A stretch of 32,236 nucleotides of DNA, taken from Octopus bimaculoides. Its lineage: Eukaryota. The position numbers were made by a program, and so were the translations under genes. Shown piece by piece: positions 31,631-32,236 of this stretch. The stretch spans positions 21,751,975 through 21,784,210 of the forward strand of contig NC_068991.1 of the NCBI RefSeq assembly GCF_001194135.2, given 5' to 3'. The stretch's first letter is position 1, and each line of letters begins with the position of its first letter. Under the pieces are notes generated by a model, which was not told where the DNA came from, ran no database searches, and saw only the letters and a list, made by a program, of their open reading frames with translations.

Positions 31631-31885
31631 ATTTAAACTGCGTGCTGCTGCTCTTCCTTGGAGAAAGTTTTAAAATACTCCATTGTTGTTGTTGTTGCTG
31701 TCATATTTTAGAGTTAAGAATCTCTGTGAAATTACTGTCACACTCTGAGTACAGATATGCCAAAAGACATATTTATAAAATACATCTTGTCACGAGCTGA
31801 CTTTTTGTTTTTTGAATGAGACTAATCTGTCAGCTGATATACTAATACTTCCTTTTTATCATCCATAAACATTCATTAGTCATTT

Positions 31886-32236
31886 ATTATTATTATTGTT
31901 CAGTAGTTTTATTTTTATAACGTGCTTTCACTTCACTACTGAGTGCAGCTCTGTGCGCCTTGGGTATGTGCTGTGGTTTGCTGTGGTGCTCTTATGGTTA
32001 CTGTATTGAAAGTGTTTTGCGTAGGATGTGTGCAGTGCCCAGTAGTGCAATTTTCTGTATGTTATATATATTTGTAAGTCCTGGTGTTTTTGTTATGTAT
32101 TTGTCTGAATATTTTTTTATTATACCTAAGGCACCTACTATAATAGGAATTGTTTCTGTTTTTAGATTCCACATTCGAGTTACCTCTATTTCCAGGTCTT
32201 TGTATTTTGAAAGTTTTTCCATTTCTTTTAGAGAAA
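31886..32236 (-). mobile_element. R4/Dong-like non-LTR retrotransposon 3' end (restriction-like endonuclease C-terminus), continues beyond the window
   Basis: Open frame SLKEMEKLSKYKDLEIEVTRMWNLKTETIPIIVGALG...IQKIALLGTAHILRKTLSIQ* (stop at 31998) has the EK..KY..L...W....IP.V.GALG...QK..LLGTA.ILR signature of RLE-encoding elements. The short 3' UTR ends in AATAATAATAA. Confidence 0.9.

Overview
This is AT-rich eukaryotic non-coding DNA from a gapped draft assembly, with three N gaps (2497-2873, 3768-4148, 7056-7630). Dense (TA)n/(CA)n/(GA)n/(CAT)n microsatellites, three recurring tRNA-derived SINE families (called A, B and C here) and RTE LINE pieces suggest an octopus or other coleoid genome. 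That assignment is inferred from repeat style, not from a search. No host-gene CDS can be called with confidence, and most ORFs in the track are artefacts of microsatellites, gaps or repeats. Recognisable protein-coding remnants are all from transposons: three RTE-clade RT fragments, the GIY-YIG end of a Penelope-like element, two R4/Dong-like restriction-endonuclease C-termini, a Tx1-like LINE 3' end and a decayed pogo/Brinker-type HTH. The most notable unannotated structures are: (i) a degenerate minimal hammerhead ribozyme downstream of the Penelope ORF; (ii) a 259-bp foldback element with 9-bp TSD and telomere-like repeats in its loop; (iii) a SINE-head/RTE-LINE chimera; (iv) 35-bp and 23-bp minisatellites; (v) a CpG-retaining domain of about 6.5 kb (about 12.9-19.3 kb) that probably marks an unmethylated promoter region. 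No bacterial-type system (CRISPR etc.) is present.
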